Positions 9,186 to 19,434 of a DNA stretch of 64,000 nt are shown piece after piece (the stretch's first letter is position 1; each line of letters starts with the position of its first letter). The stretch comes from an uncultured Actinomycetes bacterium. Its GTDB lineage: Bacteria; Actinomycetota; Thermoleophilia; UBA2241. The translations under genes were made by a program, and so were the position numbers. Under the pieces are notes generated by a model. The model did not search any database. It saw nothing but the letters and a program-made list of their open reading frames with translations, and was not told the origin of the DNA. The stretch is from assembly GCA_963709345.1 (NCBI GenBank), contig CAVPVX010000001.1:256001-320000 (forward strand), in the 5' to 3' direction.

Positions 9186-10187
9186 GTGAGACTCGTGGTC
9201 ACCGGCGGCGCCGGCTTCATCGGCTCGAACTTCGTGCGCTACATGCTGGCGCGGCACGACGACGTCGAGATCCTCAACCTCGACAAGCTGACGTACGCGG
9301 GTAACCCCGAGAACCTCCGCGACGTCGAAGACGACGCCCGTTACGCGTTCGTGAAGGGCGACATCTGCGACGCCACGGTCGTCGGCGAGGCGCTCCGCGG
9401 CGCCGACGCCGTCGTCAACTTCGCCGCCGAGACGCACGTCGACCGCTCCATCAGCGAACCCCAGGATTTCATCCGCACCGATGTCCTCGGCACCCACACA
9501 CTGCTCGAGGCGGTTCGCGAACTCGGTATCTCCCGCTACCTGCAGATCAGCACGGATGAGGTGTACGGCTCCACCGAGACCGGCGCCTTCACCGAAGAGT
9601 CGGATCTCGACCCATCTAGTCCCTACTCGGCCAGCAAGGCCGGCGCCGACCTGCTGGTGCTCGCCTACCACCGCACGTTCGGTGCGCCGACGCTTATCAC
9701 GAGGAGCTCCAACAACTACGGGCCATACCAGTATCCGGAGAAGATCGTCCCGCTGTTCATCACCAACGCCGTAGACGACCAGCCCCTGCCCGTGTACGGC
9801 GACGGCCTCAACGTCCGCGACTGGCTGTACGTCGACGACAACTGCGCCGGGATCGACCTCGTGCTGCGCAAGGGCGCGCCCGGCGAGGTCTACAACATCG
9901 GCGGCGGCAACGAGGTCACGAACCTCGAGCTCACCGGGCGCATCCTCGAGCTGCTCGGCAAGAGTCCGGATCTCATCCGGTACGTCACCGACCGGCCGGG
10001 CCACGACCGCCGTTACGCCATCGACTGCGGCAAGCTGCGCAGCCTGGGCTGGAGTCCCGAGACGCCCTTCGAGGCCGGTCTCGAACGGACCGTTACCTGG
10101 TATCGCAACCACCCCGGATGGTGGCGGGCGCTCAAGTCCGGCGAGTGGCGCGAGTACTACAGCCGCCAGTACTCCGGCCTCGACTGA
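9186..10187 (+). CDS. rmlB: dTDP-glucose 4,6-dehydratase
   Basis: VTGGAGFIGSNF, DKLTYAG, AAETHVDRSI, STDEVYG, PYSASKA, DRPGHDRRY; own SD GGAGGA before GTG. Confidence 0.96.
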   Translation: MRLVVTGGAGFIGSNFVRYMLARHDDVEILNLDKLTYAGNPENLRDVEDDARYAFVKGDICDATVVGEALRGADAVVNFAAETHVDRSISEPQDFIRTDVLGTHTLLEAVRELGISRYLQISTDEVYGSTETGAFTEESDLDPSSPYSASKAGADLLVLAYHRTFGAPTLITRSSNNYGPYQYPEKIVPLFITNAVDDQPLPVYGDGLNVRDWLYVDDNCAGIDLVLRKGAPGEVYNIGGGNEVTNLELTGRILELLGKSPDLIRYVTDRPGHDRRYAIDCGKLRSLGWSPETPFEAGLERTVTWYRNHPGWWRALKSGEWREYYSRQYSGLD

Positions 10188-10244
10188 CGCGGGCGCCGTC
10201 GCGCCGTCACCGGAGGCGACCGGCGACCGTCCGCGGTCGTCACC

Positions 10245-11279
10245 TCACGGCACGTTCCACACGGGGGTTCCGACACGCGCCCGCGAGTACAGCCAGCGGA
10301 TGTTCGTGTTGGAGAGCCGCGTGCAGCCGTGTGAGTAGTTGCGCGGATAGCGATTCAGGAGCCATGGCTCGTTGGTGCCGTGGATCGCGTACAACCCGAG
10401 GTAGCGCATCCGCTTAGGCCCGTACGGGCCGTACATGTTGGGATCCTTGGCGTAGATCTTGAAGTGCCCCTTCGGCGTGGGCAGACCCGGGCGCCCAAGC
10501 ACGCAGTCGAACACCCGGATGACCTGCCCGTACTCGTGGTAGTAGAGCTTGTACTTGCTCAGATCGACGAGGATCAGCCGCGGATAGCGGGTAGGCACGC
10601 CGTACGGGTTGCGACGGTCGTACACGGTGGTCTTCCAGCGGGCGCTGTAGCCGGCGACGTGGTCGGCGTCCGCTGCCATGCGCGCACGCACCACGAGAGC
10701 GCCCAGCTTGTCGACGCGCCACGAGAAGCGGGCGGCCGACGCATCATCGAGGAGCAGGTCCTTCATGACGACCCAGCCGTCGGCGGTCCGGCGCTGGAGC
10801 TGGACGGCGCCACCGGGATGGGCGGGGCGCACGGTGATCGAGAAGACGAGACGCCTGCCCTTGAGGACGGGCTTCCTGGTCGCGACCCGCAGGTTCAGGC
10901 GGGGGCGCACCGACACCGTCGCTTCGGCCGCCGCGGCGGCCCATGTCTCGTCGCCGGCGAAGTCCACCCGGTACGTGAGATCGACGCTCGGTCGCCGCGT
11001 CCACACGACCTTGCCGGCGGCGTCCGCGATGACGGTATCGACGAGCGTGAACCCGCTCTCCGTAGCGAACCGCCGGCTCAGCGTGAGCGTCGCCTTCGGG
11101 ACGGAGACCTGCGCGACGATCCTCGTGGCGCTCCCGTGGGTGACGGTCGCCGGAGTGGCCGTCAGCGTGAGCGCCGGCTCGTCGGCGGCCGCCGCGACCA
11201 TCGGAAGACAGGCCACGCACAGCAGGACGAGCATGATCAGGAAGAGGCCGGCGACGGTCTGATGCGCGCGCGAGTTCAC
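10245..11279 (-). CDS. Secreted L,D-transpeptidase (YkuD) with N-terminal Ig-like domains
   Basis: Signal peptide; PTPKGHFKI, AIHGT...SHGCTRL catalytic motif. Confidence 0.92.
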   Translation of the reverse strand: MNSRAHQTVAGLFLIMLVLLCVACLPMVAAAADEPALTLTATPATVTHGSATRIVAQVSVPKATLTLSRRFATESGFTLVDTVIADAAGKVVWTRRPSVDLTYRVDFAGDETWAAAAAEATVSVRPRLNLRVATRKPVLKGRRLVFSITVRPAHPGGAVQLQRRTADGWVVMKDLLLDDASAARFSWRVDKLGALVVRARMAADADHVAGYSARWKTTVYDRRNPYGVPTRYPRLILVDLSKYKLYYHEYGQVIRVFDCVLGRPGLPTPKGHFKIYAKDPNMYGPYGPKRMRYLGLYAIHGTNEPWLLNRYPRNYSHGCTRLSNTNIRWLYSRARVGTPVWNVP

Positions 11280-11388
11280 TGGACCCCCAAGGTTCGATTA
11301 CCTCATGAGAATCAGTGTACGGCACCGATCACGCCGAGAGCCAGTGCTCTACCGTGAGTCGGTCGTCTGCGCGGGACGACCGGTCGCT

Positions 11389-12591
11389 CTAGTCCACTGC
11401 GAGTTCGGACTTCTTGAGTAGCCGCCGGCCCCAGGCGAACGCCGACTTGTAGTAGCTCGAGGTGTTGAGCGAGCCGAGGGTCACGCCGTTGCTCGAACCG
11501 GTCGAGTGGATGAACCAGCCGCGTCCCAGATAGAGGCCGACGTGGTAGATCGAGCTGACGCTCGACTTCGGCCCGTTGGGCCCGAAGAAGATCAGATCGC
11601 CGCTCTTGAGCCTCGATCGCGTGATGCGCGGTTTGGCCCGCCTGGCCATCTCGGCGCCGCCGCGCTCGTTGACGGTGATCGGGTAGCCGAAGTGCATCTT
11701 CATCACGTAGAAGGCGAAACCCGAGCAGTCGAAGCCGCCCGACTTCTGGTACCCGTACGGCGAGTTCTTCGTCGGATACTCGCCGGCCCAGACGTAGGGA
11801 TAGCCGACATACTTGAGCGCGAACTTGGCGATCTGCTTCTGGCGGGCGCTCAGTGGCGGCAGGGTGACCGTCGCAAAGTCGGCGAGGCCGTACGGCATCC
11901 ACTCGCCGCCGACCTTGTACGCACGGTAGAACATGTACGCGACCTCAGCCCGGTCGATCGCCTGGTTCGGCGTCACCTCGTGACCGTCGTCGGAGCTCGG
12001 GTGGTTGAAGCGCAGCTGGAGTTGTCTCGACGCCACCACCCAGGGCAGGTACGAGGGCGCGCCGGTCTTCCAGCCGGGGTTGGGCTCCCAGCGGCCGGGC
12101 CGAAGGCTCGTGAGCAGCCGCCAGTCGGAGCGCGAGTAGCGCTCCTTGAGCCAGCACACCATCGCCACCTCGGCTCCGGCCGCAGTCACCGTCTTCGCCG
12201 GCTTGAAGTAACCGTCCTTGTCGACCGACAAGTAGCCGTACTTCACGGCCATCTGGATGACGCTGTAGTAGCGATGTCCGCGCGGGACGTCCTTGATGGC
12301 CACCGGCGTGATCTTCTCCCCGTAGTGGCCGGACGCCAGGACGAGCGAGCGAGCCAGATGCTGCCGGGTGATCGCCCGCTCCGGCTTGAACGCCGTGCCG
12401 AAGTCGTGCAGCAGGTGATAGCCGGAGGCGCTGCGATCGGTCACCGACTTGATATGCGCGTAGGCCCAGTGGGCCTTGGAGACGTCGGTGTACGTCTTCG
12501 CCGGGGCGGCCGGAGCCGGCAGCGCGACGAGCGCAAGCGCGGTCGCCGCGGCGAGGAGGAGCGGGCGCATGGGGATGGGGAGTCGATTCAT
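11389..12591 (-). CDS. Secreted NlpC/P60 peptidoglycan endopeptidase with N-terminal SLH-like repeats
   Basis: YTDVSKAHWAY, FKPERAITR, KDVPRGHRYY (SLH-like); GYPYVWAG, GFDCSGF, GDLIFF, HVGLY, FIHS. Confidence 0.92.
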   Translation of the reverse strand: MNRLPIPMRPLLLAAATALALVALPAPAAPAKTYTDVSKAHWAYAHIKSVTDRSASGYHLLHDFGTAFKPERAITRQHLARSLVLASGHYGEKITPVAIKDVPRGHRYYSVIQMAVKYGYLSVDKDGYFKPAKTVTAAGAEVAMVCWLKERYSRSDWRLLTSLRPGRWEPNPGWKTGAPSYLPWVVASRQLQLRFNHPSSDDGHEVTPNQAIDRAEVAYMFYRAYKVGGEWMPYGLADFATVTLPPLSARQKQIAKFALKYVGYPYVWAGEYPTKNSPYGYQKSGGFDCSGFAFYVMKMHFGYPITVNERGGAEMARRAKPRITRSRLKSGDLIFFGPNGPKSSVSSIYHVGLYLGRGWFIHSTGSSNGVTLGSLNTSSYYKSAFAWGRRLLKKSELAVD

Positions 12592-12880
12592 TTCTCTCTG
12601 CTATCGGCGTGTCGGCCGGTGGCTTGAGCGCGGCCGGAGCCGCGAGCACGGCCCGCCTCAGGCTTTCGCCGCCGGCCGCGCCATTCCTTACGCGCAGCGT
12701 TGAGGGTACCACGACGCATCCTCCGACGCGTCCCGGGGGGACCGTGGCACAGGAGCGGTGAGAGGACTCAGCAGCCTCAAGGAAAGGAGATGCGGGTCGA
12801 TGCAAGAAGGAGTCACGACTGCGACAACGACGTTTGCCCCGCCGGCACGGGGCACGTATCCTCAGCGAAGGAGGCTGCTG

Positions 12881-14410
12881 ATGCCTCGACCCCCCATGAC
12901 TCCCTCACTCGACACACCGACGCCCGCGACTCCCCGCCACCGGCGGAGCTTCCGCGTGCGGTCGGGCCGTGCCCTCCGAAATCGGCTGGCCCTCACCGTC
13001 CTGGTAGCCACCCTCGCCCTGCTCGCAACGGCAGGCCCCGCGGCCGCCTACTCGAGCCAGTACGCCTTCACCATCACGGGGCACGGCTGGGGGCACGGCA
13101 TCGGTCTCTCGCAGTGGGGGGCGTACGGCTACGCCAAGCACGGCTGGGACTATAAGGCGATCCTCAAGCACTACTACACCGGCATCTCGTTCAAGAGCGT
13201 CGCCAACACGTCGATGCGCGTGCGCCTGCGCAGCGGGATCAGCGCCGTCAAAGTGACCTGTCCCAGCGCCTACACCGCCCAAGGCACAGGCTCCGCCATG
13301 ACGATCCCGGCCGGCGCGACCGCGACCGTGACGTACACGGGCAGCGCCTACCGCGTCGTCGCAGGCTCACTGCGCAAGGACTTCAACGCCGCCGTGACGT
13401 TCAAGGCCACCAAAGGGTCGCTGCGCCTGCTGACGGCCAGCGACCTGGGCAAGACCGGCGCCTACCGCGGGACGATCCGGGTCATGCGCAGCGGCGGCGG
13501 TCTCATGATCGTCAATCACGTCCCGCTTGAGAGCTACCTGCGCGGCGTCGTGCCGCACGAGGTGTCGCCGTCGTGGCCCGCCGAGGCGCTCAAGACGCAG
13601 GCGGCCGCGGCGCGCGCGTACGCCCTCTCGTCGCGGCAGCCCAGCCAGTCCTGGGACGTCTACTGCGACGTACGTGACCAAGCCTACGTCGGCATCGGTA
13701 TCGAGGACTCGCGCACGAACGCTGCCGTCAGAAGCACCGCCGGCGTCGTGCCGAGCTACGGCGGCAAGCCCATCATGGCGTTCTACTTCTCGTGCTCGGG
13801 CGGCCACACCGAGAACATCGAGCTCTCATGGTCCGGCGCTTCCAAGATCGCCTATCTGAAGGGCGTGAAGGACCCCTACGACTACTACGGCTCTCTCCAC
13901 GACTGGGGGCCGATCCGGCGCACGCCTTCCCAGATAGGCAAGGCGCTGGCGGCCAAGGGCTCGCTCCGCGCCGTCTACACGGTCAAGCGAGGCTCGTCGC
14001 CGCGGATCGTCAAGGCCGCCATCGTCGGGAGCGGAGGGACGACATACATCGACGGCGGCACGCTGCGCGTCAAACTCGGCTTGAACAGCTCCTGGGCCGT
14101 CTTCACCAGCATGAGCATCAGCCCGGCGGCGCGCAACGCCGCGACCATCGCGGCCGGCAAGAGCATCACGCTCAAGGGACGCATCTACCCGGCGCTCGCG
14201 CAGGGCGCCAAGGTCTACCTCCGCTCGTACTACGACGGCTCCTGGCACAGCCGGGGCGTCACCACGTCACGCGCATCCGAGAGCCTCGCCGGCGGGTACA
14301 CGGCGCGCTACTCCACGTACGCGTGAGAGTCACCCCCACGAAGACGACCAAGTACTACTTCGTGAAGGGCAAGGCGAAGTCGCCGGCAGACGACCATCAA
14401 GGTCAAGTGA
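12881..14410 (+). CDS. SpoIID/LytB-domain protein (3' end with apparent frameshifts; ORF as given stops at 14326)
   Basis: GHGWGHGIGLSQWGA, ILKHYYTG, LESYLRGVVPHE, EALKTQAAAARAY, FYFSCSGG; SD AAGGAGG. Confidence 0.9.
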
Positions 14411-15290
14411 CGCAGATCGGCTTCTGCCGGCTCCGCGGCAGGGGCGGTGGCCCGGGCCTGGTGGAGGAAGCCCGGGCCACCTGTTCGCCTTCGCGGTTGG
14501 CGGCGGGGTAGGGACCGGCCGCCGGAAGGCATGCGGTAAGCTCATCGGCGCGGCGGCGCCGCGCCGCTCTCACATCCCGTCGTCGCCAAGCGACGGCGTC
14601 TCCGAAGTGGAACGCCTCTTCCGCCGTCCCCGAAGCCACTGCCGGCTGGTGGCGGTAGATCTCGCCCTCCACCATGTAGAGCACGTCCTCGGCGATGTTC
14701 GTCGCGTGGTCGGCCAGGCGCTCGAGATACCGGGCGACGCTGAACAGCAGCACGATGGCATCGAGGTGGTCGAGGTCCACGCGGATGACACGCTTGAGCT
14801 CCTCGATGAGCTCCAGGTACAGCAGGTCGATCTCGTCGTCGTCGGCCATCACCCGGCGCGCCATCACGGCGTCTTGACGCACCAGCGCATCGAGCGCCTT
14901 CTCGAGGATGGTCCCGGTGCGGTCGGCCATCACGGCGAAGCCGTCGGGAATGCTCACCGGGTGCTCGTCCACGAGCTGCAGACCGCGCTCGGCGATGTTG
15001 GAGGCGAGGTCGCCGATCCGTTCGAGCTCGCTGTTGATCTTGATGACGGCGGCGACGAAGCGCAGGTCGCCCGCCACCGGCTGGTAGAGCGCCAGGATCT
15101 TGAGGCACTCCTCCTCGACGTCGACCTCGTTCTGGTCGATGAGCTCGTCGGTGGCGATCACGCGCCGGGCCTTGGCGGGGTCGCGCTGCTCGATCGCCTG
15201 GAACGCCATGCGCAGGTTGTCCTCTACGAGCGCGCCCAAGGCGAGGATCTTGCGCTTGAGCCGGTCAGTCTCTCTCTGCAGATGCGTCAT
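14403..15290 (-). CDS. phoU: Phosphate signalling complex protein PhoU (3' end uncertain)
   Basis: YQPVAGDLR, ELERIGD, YLERLADHATNIAE; directly after pstB. Confidence 0.93.
   Translation of the reverse strand: MTHLQRETDRLKRKILALGALVEDNLRMAFQAIEQRDPAKARRVIATDELIDQNEVDVEEECLKILALYQPVAGDLRFVAAVIKINSELERIGDLASNIAERGLQLVDEHPVSIPDGFAVMADRTGTILEKALDALVRQDAVMARRVMADDDEIDLLYLELIEELKRVIRVDLDHLDAIVLLFSVARYLERLADHATNIAEDVLYMVEGEIYRHQPAVASGTAEEAFHFGDAVAWRRRDVRAARRRRADELTACLPAAGPYPAANREGEQVARASSTRPGPPPLPRSRQKPICVT
14446..14481. terminator. Hairpin between convergent spoIID and phoU
   Basis: GGTGGCCCGGGC ... GCCCGGGCCACC 12-bp inverted repeat. Confidence 0.55.
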
Positions 15291-15304
15291 AGCGGCATCA
15301 CCAC

Positions 15305-16174
15305 TCAGCCGAAGCGGCCAGTGATGTATTCCTCGGTCTGCTTCTGCGCCGGGTTCGAGAAGATCTGCGTCGTCGGGCCGAACTCGACGATGTAGCCTTG
15401 GAAGAAGAAGGCCGTGTAGTCGCTGACGCGCGCGGCCTGCTGCATGTTGTGGGTCACCAGCACGATCGTGTAGCGGCTCTTGAGATCGAGTACGAGCTCC
15501 TCGATCTTGGCGGTCGCCACCGGGTCGATCGCCGAGCACGGCTCGTCCATGAGCAGCACCTCGGGCTCGGCGGCGATGGCTCTGGCTATGCAGAGACGCT
15601 GCTGCTGGCCGCCGCTGAGCGCGTTGCCGGGCTCGCTGAGCTTGTTCTTGACCTCATCCCAGATGGCCGAGCGCTTCAGCGCGTGCTCGACCCTGTCCGA
15701 GAGCTCCGACCGGCTGAGCTTGTAGTGCTGGCGCAGCCCGTAGGCGACGTTGTCGAACACCGTCATCGGGAACGGGCTCGGCTTCTGGAAGATCATGCCG
15801 ACCCGCCGACGGAGGTCGAGCAGGTCGGTCTGCGACGAGAGGACGTTCTCGCCGTCCATCAGGATCTCGCCCTTCGCGCGCTGATCGCGGTACAGGTTGA
15901 AGATGCGGTTGTAGGTGCGGATGTGCGTCGACTTGCCGCAACCCGACGGGCCGATGACGGCCGTCACGCGATTCTGCTTGATCTCGATGTCGTTGGAGAA
16001 GAGCGCCTGCTCCTTGCCGTAGAAGAAGTCGAGTCCGCGCACCGAGATCTGGCTGGGCAGCGAAGCGAAATCCTCGTCGCCACCGCGCCTGTCCTCCGCG
16101 ACCTCGAGTCGCGGGGGCACCACAGTGGCCTCACTGGTCATCTGTGTCGGTTCTTCCACTTTGGTCCCTACCAT
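15305..16174 (-). CDS. pstB: Phosphate ABC transporter ATP-binding protein
   Basis: [51 protein letters not shown]. Confidence 0.97.
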   Translation of the reverse strand: MVGTKVEEPTQMTSEATVVPPRLEVAEDRRGGDEDFASLPSQISVRGLDFFYGKEQALFSNDIEIKQNRVTAVIGPSGCGKSTHIRTYNRIFNLYRDQRAKGEILMDGENVLSSQTDLLDLRRRVGMIFQKPSPFPMTVFDNVAYGLRQHYKLSRSELSDRVEHALKRSAIWDEVKNKLSEPGNALSGGQQQRLCIARAIAAEPEVLLMDEPCSAIDPVATAKIEELVLDLKSRYTIVLVTHNMQQAARVSDYTAFFFQGYIVEFGPTTQIFSNPAQKQTEEYITGRFG

Positions 16175-17079
16175 TTCTTGCCTCGCTGAAAGACGAGCCG
16201 AACCAGCACGTTCATGCCCAGCACGGCGATGATGATGACGAGCGCCCCGCCCCAGGCGAGCTCCTGCAGGTACGGGTAGGGCGAGCCGGCGAAGTCGTAG
16301 ATCGTCTTGGTGAGGTTGGCGGTCGGCCCGCCGAAGAAGCCGCCGGGCCCGAAGAGCCCGGTCAGCCAGTACGGGCTGCTGAGCGCGGTGAACAGGAGCG
16401 GCGCCGTCTCACCGGCGACGCGGACGATCGCCAAGGTGGCGCCGGTGATCAGACCGCCCCGCGCCGCCTTACAGATCACGCCCAGCGTGACCTTCCAGCG
16501 CGGCACGCCCATGGCCAGCGCCGATTCGCGCAGCTCGTTGGGCACCAGGTTGAGGATGTCCTCCGTGGTGCGCGCCATCACCGGCAGCATGATGAAGGCG
16601 AGGGCCACAGCGCCGGCGATGCCGGAGTAGTGGCCCACCGGCCTGACCATGATCGCGAAGGCGAACACGCCGACGATGATCGACGGCACGCCCATCACCA
16701 CGTTGGCGATCATGCGCACCGACGTGGCGAGGCGGCCGTTGCGCCCGAACTCGGCAAGGTAGACTCCCGCGAGGAAGCCGATGGGGATGCCGATCGCGGC
16801 GGCGAAGCCGGTGATCACCAGCGTGCCCACGATGGCGTTCGCCATCCCCGCGCCGGCCGAGGCGGTGAAGTCCTGGGGCGTCGACTGGGTGAAGAAGTCC
16901 CAGTTGAGCGCGGCGGCGCCGCGGACGATGACTTCCCACACGATGAACGCCATGACCGCGATGCCGAACCATGCGCCGATCCACGAGAGCACCTTGACGA
17001 GCAGGTCGACGGCCTTGCGACGCGTGACCGACCGGCGGCGCAGCGGGAGTGCCGACTCTGTCTGCGCGACGGCGCTCAT
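16168..17079 (-). CDS. pstA: Phosphate ABC transporter permease PstA
   Basis: [29 protein letters not shown]; ATGA overlap with pstC. Confidence 0.96.
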   Translation of the reverse strand: MSAVAQTESALPLRRRSVTRRKAVDLLVKVLSWIGAWFGIAVMAFIVWEVIVRGAAALNWDFFTQSTPQDFTASAGAGMANAIVGTLVITGFAAAIGIPIGFLAGVYLAEFGRNGRLATSVRMIANVVMGVPSIIVGVFAFAIMVRPVGHYSGIAGAVALAFIMLPVMARTTEDILNLVPNELRESALAMGVPRWKVTLGVICKAARGGLITGATLAIVRVAGETAPLLFTALSSPYWLTGLFGPGGFFGGPTANLTKTIYDFAGSPYPYLQELAWGGALVIIIAVLGMNVLVRLVFQRGKKW

Positions 17080-18089
17080 GCCCTGCCTCCCGTGCTGCGC
17101 TGCACGCGCCGCAGCCAGAACTGGGCGGCGATCTGGAAGAGCACGGTGATGAGGAACAGGATCAGACCGAGCTCGATCAGCGCGCTCAGCTGGATCTCGT
17201 CGGTGGCCTCGCTGAAGGTGTTCGCGATGAGCGAGGCGATGGAGGTGCCGGGGTCGAACAGCGAAGTGGGCAGCTTGTCGTAGACGCTGCCGATCAGGAA
17301 GGCGACGGCCATCGTCTCTCCGAGGGCTCTGCCCAGCCCGATGAAGACGGCGCCGACGATCCCGCTGTTCGCGTAGCGAAGGCTGATCTTGTGCATGACC
17401 TCCCACGTCGTGGAGCCCATGCCGTAGCCCGCCTCCTTGGTGACTTGGGGAACCATGGCCATGACGTCACGCGACACGGCGGTGATGAAGGGCAGGATCA
17501 TGAACGCCAGGACGATCCCCGCGGTGAAGATGGAGACGCCGCCCTGCTGGAAGGTCTCCCCGGGCTTGATGCCGGGGAGCTGCCCGAGTGGTGTGCTGAG
17601 CACCCAGGGCACGAAGGTGTCCTGCATGAACGGCACGACGACGAAGATACCGACCATGCCGAAGATGATGCTCGGGATCGCGGCGAGCATCTCGATGGCC
17701 GTACCCACGACGCGGGCGACGGCGGGGTGCACGAGCTCGACGAGGAGCAAGGCGATCACGAGCGCCAGCGGCACGGCGATGACCATGGCCACCAGCGTCG
17801 AGAGAAAGGTCCCGGCGAGGGCCGCGAGCGCTCCATACTCGCCGGTCGTCGGCGACCACGCGACCGTGGTGATGACGTGCGTCCCGAGCCCGGTGATCGC
17901 CGGCCAGGAGTTGTAGACGAGGACCGCGGCCAGGCCGAACATGCCCAAGGCCACGGTGAGCCCGCAGGCCGTTGCCAGGACGCGGAATATCGGATCCCCG
18001 AACCGGCCGCGGCGCCCGCGTGGCGTCGCCTCGGCGACGCCACGCGGGCCTTCCGCGCCCGGACGGATGTCAAGATCGACGGTGCTCAT
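17076..18089 (-). CDS. pstC: Phosphate ABC transporter permease PstC
   Basis: LAAIPSIIFG, LGRALGETMAV, SIASLIA. Confidence 0.96.
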   Translation of the reverse strand: MSTVDLDIRPGAEGPRGVAEATPRGRRGRFGDPIFRVLATACGLTVALGMFGLAAVLVYNSWPAITGLGTHVITTVAWSPTTGEYGALAALAGTFLSTLVAMVIAVPLALVIALLLVELVHPAVARVVGTAIEMLAAIPSIIFGMVGIFVVVPFMQDTFVPWVLSTPLGQLPGIKPGETFQQGGVSIFTAGIVLAFMILPFITAVSRDVMAMVPQVTKEAGYGMGSTTWEVMHKISLRYANSGIVGAVFIGLGRALGETMAVAFLIGSVYDKLPTSLFDPGTSIASLIANTFSEATDEIQLSALIELGLILFLITVLFQIAAQFWLRRVQRSTGGRA

Positions 18090-18130
18090 GGTCCCTACCT
18101 AACCTGAGTCGCGTCAGAAGCGGGTTCTGA

Positions 18131-19231
18131 TCACTGCCAGACGGGCGTGCCCGCGGCGGTGACCGTGCTCCAGACGTCGCTTTTCACGAGCTCGTACACG
18201 TTGGCCGGGATCGGCACGTAGTTGAGCGCCTCGGCCGAGGTGGCCCCGTTCTCGTACGCCCAGTTGAAGAACTCAAGCATGGTCAGAGCGCGGTCGGCGT
18301 CCGCCTGGTCCTTCTGGACGAGGATGAATGACGCGCCGGCGATCGGCCACGTCTCCGTGCCCGGCTGGTCGACGAGGATCAGGAACATGCTGGGCAGGCT
18401 GGCCTCCCAGTCGGCCTCGGCGGCCGCGGACTGGAAGGAAGCGAGGGTCGGCTTCACGTACTCGCCGTCCTTGTTCATCATCTGCGTCGTGGTCATGCCG
18501 GTCTCGGCGGCATAGGCGTACTCGACGTAGCCGATCGCGCCGGAGAGCTGCAGCACGCTCGCGGCGACACCTTCGTTGCCCTTGCCGCCGACACCGGTCG
18601 GCCAGGCGACTTCCTTGTCGGCTCCGGCCGTCCACACATCACCGGCGGCGGCGGTCAGGTAGTTGGTGAAGATCCAGGTGGTGCCCGAGCTGTCGGAGCG
18701 GTGCACGACGCTGATCTTGGCGTCGGAGAGCTTGACGCCGGGGTTCAGATCGGCGATCGCCTTGTCGTTCCAGACCGTGATGTCGCCGTTGAAGATGTGG
18801 GCCAGCGTCTCGGCGTCCAGGCGCATCTCGTCCGCCGCGACTCCCTCGAGATTGATGACGGGCACCACGCCGCCCACGCACATCGGGTACTGGGCGAGCC
18901 CGGACTCGTCGAGCTCCGCCTGCTCGAGCGGCGCATCAGAGGCGCCGAAGTCGACGGTGTTGGCCTTGATGGCGGAGATGCCGCCGCCCGAGCCGATCGA
19001 CTGGTAGTTGAGCTTGACGCCCGCAGTCGCGTTGTACTCCTCACCCCACTTCGAGTAGAGGGGATACGGGAAGCTGGCGCCGGCGCCGACGATCGTGCCG
19101 CTCGCAGCTGCATCCCCGCCCTCCGACGCGCTGCTGCTGCCGCAGGCGGCGACCGCGAGTGCCATCGCGACCAGCGCAAGTGCGGTGGCGGCGACCAGGA
19201 GGAGGCGCCACGGGCTTGCGGACTTCTTCAT
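18131..19231 (-). CDS. pstS: Phosphate ABC transporter substrate-binding lipoprotein
   Basis: Lipobox LAVAAC; GAGASFPYPLY, NYQSIGSGGG, VDFGASD, HRSDSSGTT, GGKGNEGV. Confidence 0.97.
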   Translation of the reverse strand: MKKSASPWRLLLVAATALALVAMALAVAACGSSSASEGGDAAASGTIVGAGASFPYPLYSKWGEEYNATAGVKLNYQSIGSGGGISAIKANTVDFGASDAPLEQAELDESGLAQYPMCVGGVVPVINLEGVAADEMRLDAETLAHIFNGDITVWNDKAIADLNPGVKLSDAKISVVHRSDSSGTTWIFTNYLTAAAGDVWTAGADKEVAWPTGVGGKGNEGVAASVLQLSGAIGYVEYAYAAETGMTTTQMMNKDGEYVKPTLASFQSAAAEADWEASLPSMFLILVDQPGTETWPIAGASFILVQKDQADADRALTMLEFFNWAYENGATSAEALNYVPIPANVYELVKSDVWSTVTAAGTPVWQ

Positions 19232-19307
19232 TCGGTGACCTCGCTTTCGCATCTTTGCATCGCTCTATGGCCTGGCGAAGGGCAGCGTGAGGACGCCACC
19301 GGAGAGG

Positions 19308-19350
19308 AGGCTACCGGCCCTCTGTTAGCGCACGGTTAGTGCGGGGTCAG
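19308..19350 (-). promoter_or_regulatory. Putative Pho box (CTGAC-N6-CTAAC-N6-CTAAC) plus -10 TAGCCT for pstS
   Basis: 11-bp-period direct repeats ending 10 nt upstream of a TANNNT hexamer. Confidence 0.7.
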
Positions 19351-19434
19351 CCGCCGACGAAGCCGAAAGCGGGCGGTGAACGAGGGGTGAGAGAACCGAA
19401 CGCCCGGGCGGACCGCCGGGCGAGGACGCAGGCG

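Noticed and set aside
12881-14410. Sporulation inferred from SpoIID
   Set aside because: SpoIID/LytB domains are common in non-sporulating bacteria
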